Below are positions 38,276 through 48,775 of a stretch of DNA of 64,000 nucleotides, in pieces. The notes beneath the pieces are model-generated. The model ran no database searches, had not been told where the DNA came from, and saw nothing but the letters and a program-made list of their open reading frames with translations. The first letter of the stretch is position 1. Every line of letters begins with the position of its first letter. This DNA comes from a bacterium (GTDB lineage: Bacteria; Orphanbacterota; Orphanbacteria; JBJXGV01), in assembly GCA_046160485.1 (NCBI GenBank), contig JBJXGV010000070.1:13154-77153 (forward strand), in the 5' to 3' direction. The position numbers were made by a program, and so were the translations under genes.

Positions 38276-39730
38276 TCAGGCCGCGGCGCGCTTCCGCCGG
38301 CGTTCCTCGTCGACGAGGCGCATGCAGACGAGTGTGAGCCCGAAGATTACCCACATCATGTAGACGTAGCTCGGCGATCGCTGATAGTCGGTGCGGAGCT
38401 GGACCACGACGAATGTCGCGATCTGAACGTGCAACACCGTGAGCAATCCGGACGCGAAACCTCCTCGTTCCAGATTTCCTCGCATCCGCTTGCCGCTCTC
38501 CCAAAGCAGTTTGATCAGAATAAGGACGAATGGAATTGTCCCCAATATGCCGACCGTGATCAGCGACCAGAGATAGCCGTTGTGCGGCTGCGCGATGACC
38601 CGGTAGTCGAAATAGAGTCCGTGACCGACGAAGATGTGCTCCTTAAACGCCGCCCATCCGAGCGCCCACACCTCGGTGCGCGTATCGGGAACCAGGTTCG
38701 TTCCGACTTCCGTCGCCGCCATTCGATTCAGAATCGAGTCGCCGTCTCTGTACGTGGATAAGTAAAAATCGAAGATCGGCAAGATCGTGAAGAGGGCCAG
38801 GAAGACGAATGTGTACCGAACGATCTTGAATTCGCGGCGCGTCAGCCACAGGAGATACCCGATGGCAATCGCCAGACCGATGAGACCCCCGCGATTCGCG
38901 GTCGAGACGAGCGCGAAGATGTCGAGAATGAGAATCGCCGTGTAGAGCACGCGTCGCGTCACCGTCGTCGCGCGGTAGAGGCGGAATAAGAGCAGAGGGA
39001 ACAAGATCGCGCACATATCCGCAAGGGAGTCGTGGCCGCCGACGACACCCGCCATACGCCGCACGCTTCCCGCGCCATATGTGTAACGCACTCCGATCCA
39101 GCCCGGAATGATCGTCGCGTACGGAAAGAAGACCTCGACGATCACCGTGACGAAAACAAGAAGCCCCATGATCGTCAGCGCGAAGGTCACGCGATCGAGG
39201 TCGCGTTCGTCGTTGACGAGGTTGTAGGTGAGGTACATCACCATGTAGGCGCTGATGTAGAAGAACATGTTCAGCATCCCTTCGCGGAACCACTGCACGT
39301 TGGGAGCGTTGTACTGCGAAACCACAAGCGTGATCACCGTCGCCACCAAGAGTCCGTCGAGCATCGTCTTGCCGCGAACGCGCAACTCGCCCGTCGAGAT
39401 TCGCAAGAACCAGAACATCGTGATGAGGAACACGATCATCGTGTTCGTGCTGCCGAAGCTCGTGTACGCGGGGAACGGGAACATGATGATGAAGAACGAG
39501 AGACCGAACGCCGGAGGCGCAAGCAGAAGAAGCGTCACGAGCCCCACGCCGAGAAGGCCCTTGATGCCGCGTTTATTCGGACTGACGATTTGCCCGCCGA
39601 GGATGTAGGCGACAGCGAGCCCGACGAGCCAGAAGACGTGAGTGCGAAGAAACTCGACGCCGCTCGACACGCCGGCGAGGGCGCGCCGCACCGGCGACCG
39701 TGGCGGACGTGTGGCGATCGCCCGGTCCAT
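38276..39730 (-). CDS. O-antigen ligase/polymerase family (Wzy_C-like) membrane protein
   Basis: Start at internal ATG 39728-39730 (MDRAIA), overlapping the upstream stop by 1 nt (TGATG). STANRGGLIGLAIAIG and FVGHGLYFDYRVIAQPHNGYLWSLI motifs. Visibly lower GC than flanks. Confidence 0.7.
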   Translation of the reverse strand: MDRAIATRPPRSPVRRALAGVSSGVEFLRTHVFWLVGLAVAYILGGQIVSPNKRGIKGLLGVGLVTLLLLAPPAFGLSFFIIMFPFPAYTSFGSTNTMIVFLITMFWFLRISTGELRVRGKTMLDGLLVATVITLVVSQYNAPNVQWFREGMLNMFFYISAYMVMYLTYNLVNDERDLDRVTFALTIMGLLVFVTVIVEVFFPYATIIPGWIGVRYTYGAGSVRRMAGVVGGHDSLADMCAILFPLLLFRLYRATTVTRRVLYTAILILDIFALVSTANRGGLIGLAIAIGYLLWLTRREFKIVRYTFVFLALFTILPIFDFYLSTYRDGDSILNRMAATEVGTNLVPDTRTEVWALGWAAFKEHIFVGHGLYFDYRVIAQPHNGYLWSLITVGILGTIPFVLILIKLLWESGKRMRGNLERGGFASGLLTVLHVQIATFVVVQLRTDYQRSPSYVYMMWVIFGLTLVCMRLVDEERRRKRAAA

Positions 39731-40947
39731 CAGCGACTCGCCGCCGGCAACGCCGCCGCGCTCGCACCGTTTGTCGCGACGCCTTCGGCCTCGCGCGCAT
39801 CGAACGCGATGAGCGATTCCGGGAGCGCGGCCGCGACGAAACGCGCCATCTTCGCCGCGCCCTCGTCGGTCCAGTGACAGTAGTCCGCGAAATCGGTGTC
39901 CGCGGTGGCCAGATTCGCGGCGACATCGACAAGAGGCGCTTCGAGCGAGTCGGCGACCTCGCGAGTGATTGCGTTGTATCGCGCCATGCCGGCGATCATC
40001 CCATCCACCGTCAAGTAGGGCAACCAACGATGCGCGGAGATGGAATCCGCGAGTGTGATCGGGCGATCCGGTCCGAAGCGAATCTGCTGCGTCACGAAGA
40101 CGACGTCGGCGCCGCGCGCGCGAGCGACGCGAGCGATCTCTCCTAAGCGCTCCCGGTAGACGGCTTCGGCTTCGGGAAGCGTGCGATCGCTGCGCGGCGT
40201 ATCCGGCATCTCGGGCGGCGTGTCGCCGAGCTTCGCGTGGATCTTCGCGAGGAGAAGGCTGCGTGCAAGCAACGCGGGAGGCCTCGATTCGAAACCGAGG
40301 AATCGCCGCTGAATTTCCGCGTGTCCAACGGTGTAGTCGGCGCGAAACCCGGGCGCCGCGCTCGGCTGAAGGTCGTTGAGTCCGGCGAACACGACGACGA
40401 CATCGGGCTGCACGATGTCGAGGTCGATGATCTGAAGTTTCAAGAGCATCTCGATCGTCGTGTAGCCGGGGTGGCCGCCGTTGACGACCTCGATCGTCGT
40501 CCCGGGAAATCGCTGCGCGAGAAATTTCTCGAGCTGGCGCGGCCACATCGCGTCGTCGTTGGTCACGCAAACATCGAACGTCGTGGAGCCGCCGATCGCG
40601 AGAACGCGAACGACGCCGGGCGGCTTCGGGCTCGCGAACTCGGCGCCGCGATAACCGTGCGAGTTGACGCCCGCGCCGCGGCCGCGAGCCGCCGTCGCAC
40701 CGCCGGGCCGCAGCACGCCGATCAGATACGGATGCGGCATGACAATCTCCAGGAGCCTTCGCGCTTCCACGTAGCGTTCGACGGCGGGCGTGACCATCCA
40801 GCGGCCGAAGCGAATGCGATCGCGCACTCGCACCGCGGCTTCGAGAACGCCGAAGAGCGCCAACGCGATCGCGAACATCGCGGCCGCGGTCGCAACTCGT
40901 CTCATGAGAGTCCGGCTCCCCTGCTCACTCCGCGGCGTCGCTGGCAT
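39730..40947 (-). CDS. Membrane-anchored SGNH-like hydrolase family protein (paralog of the 20027-22141 N-domain)
   Basis: RVLAIGGSTTFDV block I variant, GGHPGY block II, NDL block III, DYCHWTDEGA block V. Start may be the internal Met at about 40905. Confidence 0.65.
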   Translation of the reverse strand: MPATPRSEQGSRTLMRRVATAAAMFAIALALFGVLEAAVRVRDRIRFGRWMVTPAVERYVEARRLLEIVMPHPYLIGVLRPGGATAARGRGAGVNSHGYRGAEFASPKPPGVVRVLAIGGSTTFDVCVTNDDAMWPRQLEKFLAQRFPGTTIEVVNGGHPGYTTIEMLLKLQIIDLDIVQPDVVVVFAGLNDLQPSAAPGFRADYTVGHAEIQRRFLGFESRPPALLARSLLLAKIHAKLGDTPPEMPDTPRSDRTLPEAEAVYRERLGEIARVARARGADVVFVTQQIRFGPDRPITLADSISAHRWLPYLTVDGMIAGMARYNAITREVADSLEAPLVDVAANLATADTDFADYCHWTDEGAAKMARFVAAALPESLIAFDAREAEGVATNGASAAALPAASR

Positions 40948-40996
40948 CCGACCAGATCATCGGCCAGCCGGAGCGATTTCGCGATGCCGGGGCGCG

Positions 40997-42181
40997 CTAG
41001 ATGATCCCAAGCTGGCTTCCGGCGCGCTGGAACGCGTCGAGCGCGCGCTCGACATCGGCGCGCGTGTGGGCCGCCGAGAGCTGGACGCGGACGCGCGCCT
41101 CACCCTTCGGAACAACCGGGAACGAGAAGCCGATGACGTAGATCCCCTCGCCGAGCAAAACGCGCGCAAGCTCCGCGGCGAGGCGTGCGTCGCCGATCAT
41201 CACCGGTACGATCGGGTGCGATCCGGGCTTGAGTCGAAACCCGCGTTCGGCCATGCCTTCGCGGAAGAGGCGCGCGTTGTCGTTGAGGCGCTGGCGCAGA
41301 TCGTTGGAACCGGCGATGAGTTCGATCGCCTTGCGCGCGGCGGCGACGACCGCCGGTGCGAGCGAGTTCGAGAAGAGATAGGGCCGCGATCGCTGGCGGA
41401 GAAACTCGACGACCTCGCGCGCACCCGTTGTGAAACCGCCGAGCGCCCCACCCATCGCTTTGCCGAGCGTAGACGTGATGATGTCGACGCGCCCCTCGAC
41501 GCCGAGAAGCTCCGGCGTGCCGCGACCCGACGTGCCGACGAACCCGGTCGCGTGCGAATCGTCGACCATCACGATCGCGTCGAACGTCGCCGCGAGGTCG
41601 CAAATGCGGCCGAGCTTCGCGAAATCGCCGTCCATCGAGAAGACGCCATCGGTTGCGATCATGCGAAGGCGCTTACCGCGCGTCGCCGCAAGGTGCCGCT
41701 CGAGTTCGTCCATATCGCCGTGCGCGTAACGGAGCCGCTCGGCTTTGCAGAGCCGCACACCATCGATGATGCTCGCGTGGTTGAGCGCGTCGGAGATGAT
41801 CGCGTCCTCTTCCGTGAGCAGCGTTTCGAACAGGCCGCCGTTCGCGTCGAAGCACGACGAGTAGAGAATCGCGTCCTCCATCCGAAGAAAGCTCGCGACC
41901 TCGGCCTCGAGGCTCTTGTGGATGTCCTGCGTGCCGCAGATGAACCGCACGCTCGACATACCGAAGCCTCGCTCGTGCAACCCCGCCGACGCGGCCTCGA
42001 CGATCGCCGGATGACTCGAAAGCCCCAGATAGTTGTTCGCACAGAAATTGAGAACATCGCGGCCGCCGACGTGAATCGACGCGCCCTGCGGCGACGCGAT
42101 GACGCGTTCCTCCTTGTAGAGCCCGGCGTCACGAATCTCCGCCACAGCCTTCGTCATGATCTCGCGAAGATTGCCGTTCAT
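40997..42181 (-). CDS. kbl: Glycine C-acetyltransferase (2-amino-3-ketobutyrate CoA ligase)
   Basis: PLP-dependent alpha-oxoamine synthase motifs ([10 protein letters not shown]; TLGKAMGG Schiff-base Lys region); adjacent to tdh. Confidence 0.85.
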   Translation of the reverse strand: MNGNLREIMTKAVAEIRDAGLYKEERVIASPQGASIHVGGRDVLNFCANNYLGLSSHPAIVEAASAGLHERGFGMSSVRFICGTQDIHKSLEAEVASFLRMEDAILYSSCFDANGGLFETLLTEEDAIISDALNHASIIDGVRLCKAERLRYAHGDMDELERHLAATRGKRLRMIATDGVFSMDGDFAKLGRICDLAATFDAIVMVDDSHATGFVGTSGRGTPELLGVEGRVDIITSTLGKAMGGALGGFTTGAREVVEFLRQRSRPYLFSNSLAPAVVAAARKAIELIAGSNDLRQRLNDNARLFREGMAERGFRLKPGSHPIVPVMIGDARLAAELARVLLGEGIYVIGFSFPVVPKGEARVRVQLSAAHTRADVERALDAFQRAGSQLGII

Positions 42182-42218
42182 CGCGCTTCGACCTCCCGCC
42201 GCACGCCTTCCACGAAGG

Positions 42219-43409
42219 CTAGAACTTGATGAGGAGTTTCGGATGCTCGAGGAGCTTCTCCTCGAATCGCGCGGGGTCGAAGCTGTCGGCCTCGACGACC
42301 GTGTCCGTGGCCCCGCGAAGAATCACGTCGTAGATCTTCTGCTGAATGCCGTTCGAGCGATCCTCGAGAAGACCGCGCGTCACATACCACGTACGGAAAA
42401 CCTGTCGCCCGATCACGGAGTGCATCGTGATGCCGTTGACGATCACTCGATCGAATCCTTCGACGGTGAAGTCGCCGCTCTTCAGGCCGAAGAGGACGAC
42501 GTCGCCGCCGCGCCGGACCGATTGAATTGCGCTATTCACCGACGAGTTGTAGCCCGCCATCTCGACGGAGACGTCGACGCCCGTTCCACCAGTCGCCCCG
42601 CGCAGCGCCTTGACGACTTCGCGATCGGCCGCCCACGTCGCCGCGTGCGCCGCGGCGTCTGGGCGCGCGGTTCCCGGCGCGAAGACTTCGTCGGCGCCGA
42701 GTGTCATCGCCATTTCACGCTTCGCCGCGTCGGGCTCGATCCCGAACACGCGCGATGCCCCGAGCACGCGCGCGATCAGAATCGTGAAGAGGCCGATCGG
42801 CCCGCAGCCGAAAACCGCGACCGTCCGCCCGCGCATGTCGACCTTCGTGCACGCATGGACGGCGTTTCCGAACGGTTCCTGCACGGCCGCGACCTTCAGG
42901 CTGATCTTCTTCTCGTCCGTCGGCCAGAGGACGCGCGCCGGCAGCTTGATGTATTCGGCGAAGCACCCGTCGCGCGAGATGCCGATGATGCGGTCGTCGT
43001 CGCAAACGTGCGTCTCGCCGAGGCGGCACTGATAACACCGGCCGCAGATGATGTGCGACTCGGCGGCGACGATGTGCTTCTCGCGAAAACCGTAGTGGCT
43101 GCGCGCGTACGATCCGAGCGCGACAATCTCCCCCACCATCTCGTGGCCGATGACGCGGCACGTTTTCTTCTCCGCGCGAAGCGACTCGAAGATCATTCCC
43201 TTGAACGACTGCCGAAACCAGATCCCGCGATCGGAGCCACAAACGCCGGCGTAGATCACTTTGACGATCGTCGCGGCGGCGTCCTCCGGATCGGACTCCT
43301 GCTTGAGCACGGGCCGCGGCACCTCCATCTTGCGGAAGCCCTTCGTGGTATCCCAGTCGTCGCGGGCCTTGTCGTAGACGAGGGCGAGCATGCCGTCGCC
43401 AGAACTCAT
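42219..43409 (-). CDS. tdh: L-threonine 3-dehydrogenase-like zinc-dependent dehydrogenase
   Basis: Start at internal ATG 43407-43409 ([14 protein letters not shown]); GVCGSD zinc motif, GHEMVGEIV, Rossmann GCGPIGL. Upstream 66 codons of the listed ORF are shadow. Confidence 0.8.
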   Translation of the reverse strand: MSSGDGMLALVYDKARDDWDTTKGFRKMEVPRPVLKQESDPEDAAATIVKVIYAGVCGSDRGIWFRQSFKGMIFESLRAEKKTCRVIGHEMVGEIVALGSYARSHYGFREKHIVAAESHIICGRCYQCRLGETHVCDDDRIIGISRDGCFAEYIKLPARVLWPTDEKKISLKVAAVQEPFGNAVHACTKVDMRGRTVAVFGCGPIGLFTILIARVLGASRVFGIEPDAAKREMAMTLGADEVFAPGTARPDAAAHAATWAADREVVKALRGATGGTGVDVSVEMAGYNSSVNSAIQSVRRGGDVVLFGLKSGDFTVEGFDRVIVNGITMHSVIGRQVFRTWYVTRGLLEDRSNGIQQKIYDVILRGATDTVVEADSFDPARFEEKLLEHPKLLIKF

Positions 43410-44383
43410 GTCGGTTCCTCCAGGAGAAATCGTGCGTTGCGGCGAAGTCCGTCGCGGCGCGCGCGTGTCAGCGCGGTGCCGGCGAATCGGTCGCGATATT
43501 CGTCTTTCGTCAGATGGGCAACAGCCTCGAGCGCGAGCCCCGATAGGCCCGGGCGCGGCAGAAAATCGTCGGTCGACGTCTCTTGCTCGAAGCGATTCCA
43601 CGGGCAAACCTCTTGGCAGATGTCACAGCCGAAGAGCCACCCTTCCATTTTTCCGCGGAACGCGTCGGGAATCTTGCCGCGATGCTCGATGGTCGCGTAC
43701 GAGATGCAGCGCGTGGCATCGAGCTCGTACGGCGCGGTGATCGCCTGCGTGGGACACGCCTCGATGCACCGCACGCAGGTGCCGCAGTAGTCGAACGCGA
43801 ACGGCTCATCGAAATCGAGCGGGATAGTCAAGAGGATCTCGCCGAGCAGAATCCAGGAGCCGTACGACTGCGTGATGAGGTTCGTGTGTTTGCCGATCCA
43901 ACCGATCCCCGCGCGCTCGGCGATCGCTTTCTCGAAGAGCGGGACCGCGTCGGCGGAGACGCGACCCTCGCACCCCGGCGACATCTCGATGATCGCCCCG
44001 AGAAGAGAGGTGAGCCGCTCGCGCAGGACGGCGTGGTAGTCGCGCCCCCACGCGTACCGCGCGACCGCCCCGCCCGCGGGCCCGACATCCGACGCGTCGC
44101 GCTTCCCGGTAAAATAGTTCATCGCGACCGAGACGATCGTCCGCGCGCCCGGAAAGAGCGTGCGCGGATCGCGCCGCGCGTCGGCGGCGTCCGCCATGTA
44201 GCGCATCGTGCCGTGGCGCCCGGCGGCAATCCACTCGGAGAGCCGCGCCGCCTCCGCGTCGAACGGGTCGGCACTCGTCACGCCGACGCAATCGAATCCG
44301 AGCGCGAACGCGCGTTCCTTCACGCGCCGCGTCAACTCCGACTGCGAGATCACGAACTCAGAGGTTGACGTACTTGGGGCCAT
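43406..44383 (-). CDS. queG: Epoxyqueuosine reductase
   Basis: Two 4Fe-4S ferredoxin-type motifs (CGTCVRCIEACP; CDICQEVCP) in the QueG arrangement. Confidence 0.8.
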   Translation of the reverse strand: MAPSTSTSEFVISQSELTRRVKERAFALGFDCVGVTSADPFDAEAARLSEWIAAGRHGTMRYMADAADARRDPRTLFPGARTIVSVAMNYFTGKRDASDVGPAGGAVARYAWGRDYHAVLRERLTSLLGAIIEMSPGCEGRVSADAVPLFEKAIAERAGIGWIGKHTNLITQSYGSWILLGEILLTIPLDFDEPFAFDYCGTCVRCIEACPTQAITAPYELDATRCISYATIEHRGKIPDAFRGKMEGWLFGCDICQEVCPWNRFEQETSTDDFLPRPGLSGLALEAVAHLTKDEYRDRFAGTALTRARRDGLRRNARFLLEEPT

Positions 44384-46049
44384 CGCCGCCTTCGGGCGTC
44401 GTCCATGTGATCAGCTCGTACGGATCCATGACGTCGCACGTCTTGCAGTGAACGCAATTCGAGAAGTTGATTTGGAGCTTCTTTCCGCCCCGCGCGTCGT
44501 CGTCGACCATTTCGTAGACGGCCGCGGGGCAGAAGTGCTGGCACGGGTTGCCGAACTCTTCGGCGCAGCGCGTGCGGCAGACGTCGAGGTCGGCGACCTT
44601 CAGGTGCGACGGCTGGTGCTCGTCGTGCGTCGTCCCCGAATGAAACACGTCGGTGAGTTTGTCGACGGTCAGCTTCCCGTCGTACGCGGAGAGATGGCGC
44701 ACCGGCTCGCCCGCGTCGCGGCGTTTCCGCATGTGCGTGAAATCCGGAGTGAGCTTCGAGTCGACGCCGGGCGCCCAGCCGCCCGTAACAAGCCCGATAC
44801 CCGCGTAGACCAACCCCGGGTACATCCCCTTCGCGAATCCCTGGCGGAAGTTTCGCACCTTGTAGAGTTCGTCGCGCACGTACGACTTCTCGACTCGCGC
44901 CTCGAATCCGGCGAGCGACGCGTCGCTCGTGTCGCCGCGCACGAGCGCCTCGAAGATCGTCTCGGCGGCGAGCATGCCGGTCTTGATCGCGAGGTGAATT
45001 CCCTTCAGCCGCTGGGCGTTGAGGTACCCGCCCGAATCGCCGACGACGAGGAAACCGTCCCCGTGGTTTTTCGGGATCGAGTACCAACCGCCCTCGGGAA
45101 GCGTCTTCGCGCCGTAGTGAAGCAGCTCACCGCCCTCGAGCGCGCGCGCGACAAACGGATGCGCCTTCCATTCCTGAAACGAGCGATGCGGATCGAACGC
45201 AGGATTGCGGTAGTCGAGGCCGACGACGAATCCGAGCGAGAGCAGATCGTCCTTCATCGGGTAGATGAAACCACCGCCGTACTCGCGGCTCGAGAGCGGG
45301 TAGGCCATCGTGTGGACCACGCGCCCGGCCGGCCATGAGCCCGGCCGAACTCGCCACACTTCCTTCACGCCGGTGGCGTAGATTTGCGGGTTCTTCCCGT
45401 CCGCAAGGCCGAGGCGCGCCGTGAGTGCCTTCGCGAGGCTCCCGCGCGGCCCTTCGGCGAATACGGTGACGTCGGCCTTTACGTCCGGTCCGGGCTCGTA
45501 ATTCGCCTTCGGACTCCCGTCCTTGTCGACGCCGCGATCCATCGTGCGAACGCCGGCGACGCGGCGTCCGTTAAGAAGCGTCTCGCTCCCGGGAAAGCCC
45601 GTGAAGACCTCGACTCCGCGGGCCTGCGCCTGGGCTCCCATCCAACGCACGACCTTGTGGAGCGACACGATATGATTCCCGTCGTTGCGCAGGGGCGGCG
45701 GCGTGAACGGAAACGGGATCGTGCCGGTTCGAGTCATCATGAGGAGCGCTTCCGAATGAACCTTGCCCTCGGAGGGAAACCCTTGCGCCTCGAAGTCCGG
45801 GATCAGTTCGGTGAGCGCGACCGGGTCCATCACCGCGCCGGAGAGCGTGTGAAAACCGAGTTCGGCGGCCTTTTCGATCACGACGATCCCGGACTCGCAG
45901 ACGGGCTTGCCTCCCGGCACGAGCCCAGCGGAGACGCGCTCGTTGTGCGATTTACAGAGATCGGAGAGGCGGATCGCCGCGGCGAGTCCGGCGGGCCCGG
46001 CGCCGACGATGCAGACGTTCACGTCGAGTGTTTCGCGCTCGCGCGGCAT
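44358..46049 (-). CDS. Electron transfer flavoprotein-ubiquinone oxidoreductase
   Basis: Start at internal Met (MPRERETLDVNVCIVGAGPAGLAAA FAD-binding GxGxxG); C-terminal 4Fe-4S region (CQHFCPAAVYE...CVHCKTCD). Confidence 0.8.
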   Translation of the reverse strand: MPRERETLDVNVCIVGAGPAGLAAAIRLSDLCKSHNERVSAGLVPGGKPVCESGIVVIEKAAELGFHTLSGAVMDPVALTELIPDFEAQGFPSEGKVHSEALLMMTRTGTIPFPFTPPPLRNDGNHIVSLHKVVRWMGAQAQARGVEVFTGFPGSETLLNGRRVAGVRTMDRGVDKDGSPKANYEPGPDVKADVTVFAEGPRGSLAKALTARLGLADGKNPQIYATGVKEVWRVRPGSWPAGRVVHTMAYPLSSREYGGGFIYPMKDDLLSLGFVVGLDYRNPAFDPHRSFQEWKAHPFVARALEGGELLHYGAKTLPEGGWYSIPKNHGDGFLVVGDSGGYLNAQRLKGIHLAIKTGMLAAETIFEALVRGDTSDASLAGFEARVEKSYVRDELYKVRNFRQGFAKGMYPGLVYAGIGLVTGGWAPGVDSKLTPDFTHMRKRRDAGEPVRHLSAYDGKLTVDKLTDVFHSGTTHDEHQPSHLKVADLDVCRTRCAEEFGNPCQHFCPAAVYEMVDDDARGGKKLQINFSNCVHCKTCDVMDPYELITWTTPEGGDGPKYVNL

Positions 46050-46120
46050 TGGCTGGCTCCCTAATGGCTTACGATTTCGGGCGGGCGGCGCGGGCGCGCC
46101 GTCCGCCGAGGTATCTCGGC

Positions 46121-46154
46121 AAAAAAAACACCCTGCGCAAGATAGCACAGGGTG
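46121..46154 (-). terminator. Rho-independent terminator (7-bp GC-rich stem, 12-nt loop, T8 tail) on the minus strand
   Basis: Minus-strand read: CACCCTG-tgctatcttgcg-CAGGGTG-TTTTTTTT. Lies 30 nt downstream of the small zinc-ribbon ORF stop; the only clean intrinsic terminator seen in the window. Confidence 0.6.
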
Positions 46155-46184
46155 GGTACCGCCTCAACGAAGAGGCTCGAAGGC

Positions 46185-46349
46185 TTAAACGCGCAGACTC
46201 GGCGCGTGCCGGGCGATCTTCGAACAACAATGCTCGGCGTAATTCTTCACGTTGTAGCGCATTCCGCAGATCGGACATGGGAACCGCCCATCCGGCACGG
46301 AGAACTTCTCAACGTCGGGAAACAGGAGCGCGATCTTCTTCTTCATCAT
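46185..46349 (-). CDS. Small (54 aa) zinc-ribbon-like protein, unannotated in the ORF track
   Basis: ATGATG start preceded by GAGGT RBS. Translation MMKKKIALLFPDVEKFSVPDGRFPCPICGMRYNVKNYAEHCCSKIARHAPSLRV has CPxCG...HCC Cys/His spacing and Lys/Ile/Tyr-rich non-shadow composition; followed by the terminator. Confidence 0.45.
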   Translation of the reverse strand: MMKKKIALLFPDVEKFSVPDGRFPCPICGMRYNVKNYAEHCCSKIARHAPSLRV

Positions 46350-46567
46350 CCGCCTGACCTCGCTTACGGCACTGTTCGTAGGACAATTTTCCCAGGGGCC
46401 TCGGGCAACAACCTTGATTCGTTTTTTCGTTCGGGGGTCCGTCGACTCACGCGTCGTAGGTGAATTGGCAACGCCGACATGGTAACCGAATCCGGCGCGT
46501 GCTTCAAGGAAACTCTTAGGGTCGGAAGCTGTTGCCGCCGGTCCGCCGGGGGTGGTAGCGTCGCCCC

Positions 46568-47368
46568 GTGTCCGCGTCCCCCAACCGCCCGAAAATCATT
46601 GCGGTTATGCCGGCGTACAACGCCGCCGCAACACTCCGCGCCACGGTCGCCGACATCCCCCCGGGAACGGTCGACGAAATCATCCTCGTCGATGATGCGA
46701 GCCGCGATGCGACGGTCGCTATCGCGGAGGAACTCGGCCTCGTCGTGATCCGGCACCCGAAAAACCGAGGCTACGGCGGCAATCAAAAAACCTGCTACGA
46801 CGAGGCGCTCCGCCGGGGCGCCGACATCGTGGTGATGATCCACCCGGACTACCAGTACGACAGCCGACTCGTACCGTACGTGATCGGGTTCATCCGAGAC
46901 GGCGTCTGCGACATGGTTCTCGGGTCGCGCGTTCGCACGCGCCGCGAGACGATCGACTCCGGCATGCCGATCTGGAAGTACGCCGCGAATCGCTTTCTCA
47001 CACTCGTCGAGAACATCGTGCTCGGGCTCAACCTCTCCGAGTTGCACACAGGCTACCGCGCGTATTCGCGTCGCCTACTCGAAACGATCCCCTATCACCG
47101 GAACGCCGACGGCTTCGTGTTCGACTCGCAAGTGATCGCTCAAGCGGCGCGGTTCGGGTTTCGTATCGGCGAGGTTCCAGTGCCGTGCCGCTATATGAAA
47201 GAGGCGTCGTCGGTGAACTTGAGCCAGGGGATCGCCTATGGGCTCGGGACACTCGGCGTACTCGTGAGGTTTATGCTGCACGGGATCGGCGTCTCGCAGG
47301 AACTCTTCGCGCCGAAGCCAGAAGCGCCGCCCGGCGCAGCGAATGCGAGCGAGCCCCGCGTTTCTTGA
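46568..47368 (+). CDS. Family 2 glycosyltransferase (dolichyl-phosphate mannose/glucose synthase-like)
   Basis: [11 protein letters not shown]...[11 protein letters not shown] (DxD region) and GT2 fold motifs. Confidence 0.8.
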   Translation: MSASPNRPKIIAVMPAYNAAATLRATVADIPPGTVDEIILVDDASRDATVAIAEELGLVVIRHPKNRGYGGNQKTCYDEALRRGADIVVMIHPDYQYDSRLVPYVIGFIRDGVCDMVLGSRVRTRRETIDSGMPIWKYAANRFLTLVENIVLGLNLSELHTGYRAYSRRLLETIPYHRNADGFVFDSQVIAQAARFGFRIGEVPVPCRYMKEASSVNLSQGIAYGLGTLGVLVRFMLHGIGVSQELFAPKPEAPPGAANASEPRVS

Positions 47369-47401
47369 CCGCGCACGCACGCCCCTGATAGTCTGCGGCC
47401 C

Positions 47402-48775
47402 ATGTCGTCGATCGCCCCAGTTCTTGCGCGCGCCGCGTCGCAGCGCGACCGCCACGTCGCCGAGCTAATCGAGTTTCTGCGAATCCCGAGTGTCTCCGCG
47501 GATTCGCGGCGGCGCGACGACATGGGGCGTTGCGCGGAGTTCGTCGCGGCGAAGCTGACGGCGGCTGGAATGGCCGCGCGCGTCTTCGCGACCGATGGGC
47601 ATCCGATCGTCTACGGAGAGCTGCTCGGGGCGCCAGGCCGCCCCACCGTCCTCGTCTACGGCCACTACGACGTACAGCCGCCCGATCCGCTCGAGCTGTG
47701 GACGAGTCCGCCGTTCGAGCCGCGCATCGACGGCGAAAACGTCTACGCGCGCGGCGCCGCGGACGACAAGGGCCAGGTCTACACGCATATCAAGGCCGTC
47801 GAGGCCTACCGCGATGCGGGCATCCCGCTCCCCGTGAACGTGAAGTTCCTCATCGAGGGCGAAGAAGAGGTCGCGAGTGTGCATCTCGACGACTTCCTCG
47901 AGCGCGAAAAGAAGCGGCTGGCTTGTGATGTCGTCGTCATCTCCGACACCAATCAGTTCGCGCCGGGTATTCCCGCGATCACCTACGGGCTCCGCGGCCT
48001 GACGTACATGGAGATGCGCGTCGACGGCCCCGAGAGAGATCTTCACTCCGGCGCGTTCGGCGGGGCGCTCGTCAACCCCGCGACGGCACTCGCCGCGATA
48101 CTCACGTCGCTCAAAGACGCAGGGGGCCGCATTCTGATTCCCGGCTTCCACGACGACATCGTGCCGCTCGCGAAGTGGGAGCGCGAGATGTGGGCCACGC
48201 TTCCGTTCGACGAAGAGGAGTTTCGGAAGATCGCCGGTTCGCCGCGGCTCACGGGCGAAACGGGGTACTCGACGCTCGAGCGGCGCTGGGCGCGGCCGAC
48301 GCTCGAGATCAACGGGATCTACGGCGGTTACCAGGGCGAAGGCGCGAAGACAGTGATCCCCGCTTGGGCCGGCGCGAAGATCAGCATGCGGCTCGTTCCG
48401 AATCAAGACCCGACGCGGATCGCGGAGCTTTTCGAGCGCGCCGTCGCGGATCGTTGTCCGGAGGGCGCGCGCGTGTCGACGACACGCCTCTCGGGGGGCA
48501 AGCCAGTGTTGGTCGCGGTCGACAGCGCCGAAATGCGCGCCGCAAGCCGCGCGATCGAACGCGGCTTCGGAAAGAAACCCGTCCTCATTCGAACGGGTGG
48601 CTCGATCCCCGTGGTCGCGAGCTTCAAAGAAACCCTGGGCGCCGACTCGCTGCTCGTCGGGTGGGGCCGGCCAGATGACAACTGCCACTCACCGAACGAG
48701 AAATTTCACCTTGGCGACTTCCAAAAAGCGATCGAAACCTCAGCCATCCTCTTCGCGGAACTCGGCGAAGCGTAA
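47402..48775 (+). CDS. M20-family metallopeptidase (dipeptidase-like)
   Basis: VYGHYDVQPP, ARGAADDKG, and C-terminal metal-ligand region of the M20/ArgE/DapE family; 457 aa. Confidence 0.8.
   Translation: MSSIAPVLARAASQRDRHVAELIEFLRIPSVSADSRRRDDMGRCAEFVAAKLTAAGMAARVFATDGHPIVYGELLGAPGRPTVLVYGHYDVQPPDPLELWTSPPFEPRIDGENVYARGAADDKGQVYTHIKAVEAYRDAGIPLPVNVKFLIEGEEEVASVHLDDFLEREKKRLACDVVVISDTNQFAPGIPAITYGLRGLTYMEMRVDGPERDLHSGAFGGALVNPATALAAILTSLKDAGGRILIPGFHDDIVPLAKWEREMWATLPFDEEEFRKIAGSPRLTGETGYSTLERRWARPTLEINGIYGGYQGEGAKTVIPAWAGAKISMRLVPNQDPTRIAELFERAVADRCPEGARVSTTRLSGGKPVLVAVDSAEMRAASRAIERGFGKKPVLIRTGGSIPVVASFKETLGADSLLVGWGRPDDNCHSPNEKFHLGDFQKAIETSAILFAELGEA

Noticed and set aside
46350-46567. 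220-nt intergenic region upstream of the GT2 gene, checked for a structured ncRNA or riboswitch
   Set aside because: Some GC-rich segments but no recognisable riboswitch consensus. Cannot be evaluated without Rfam covariance models.
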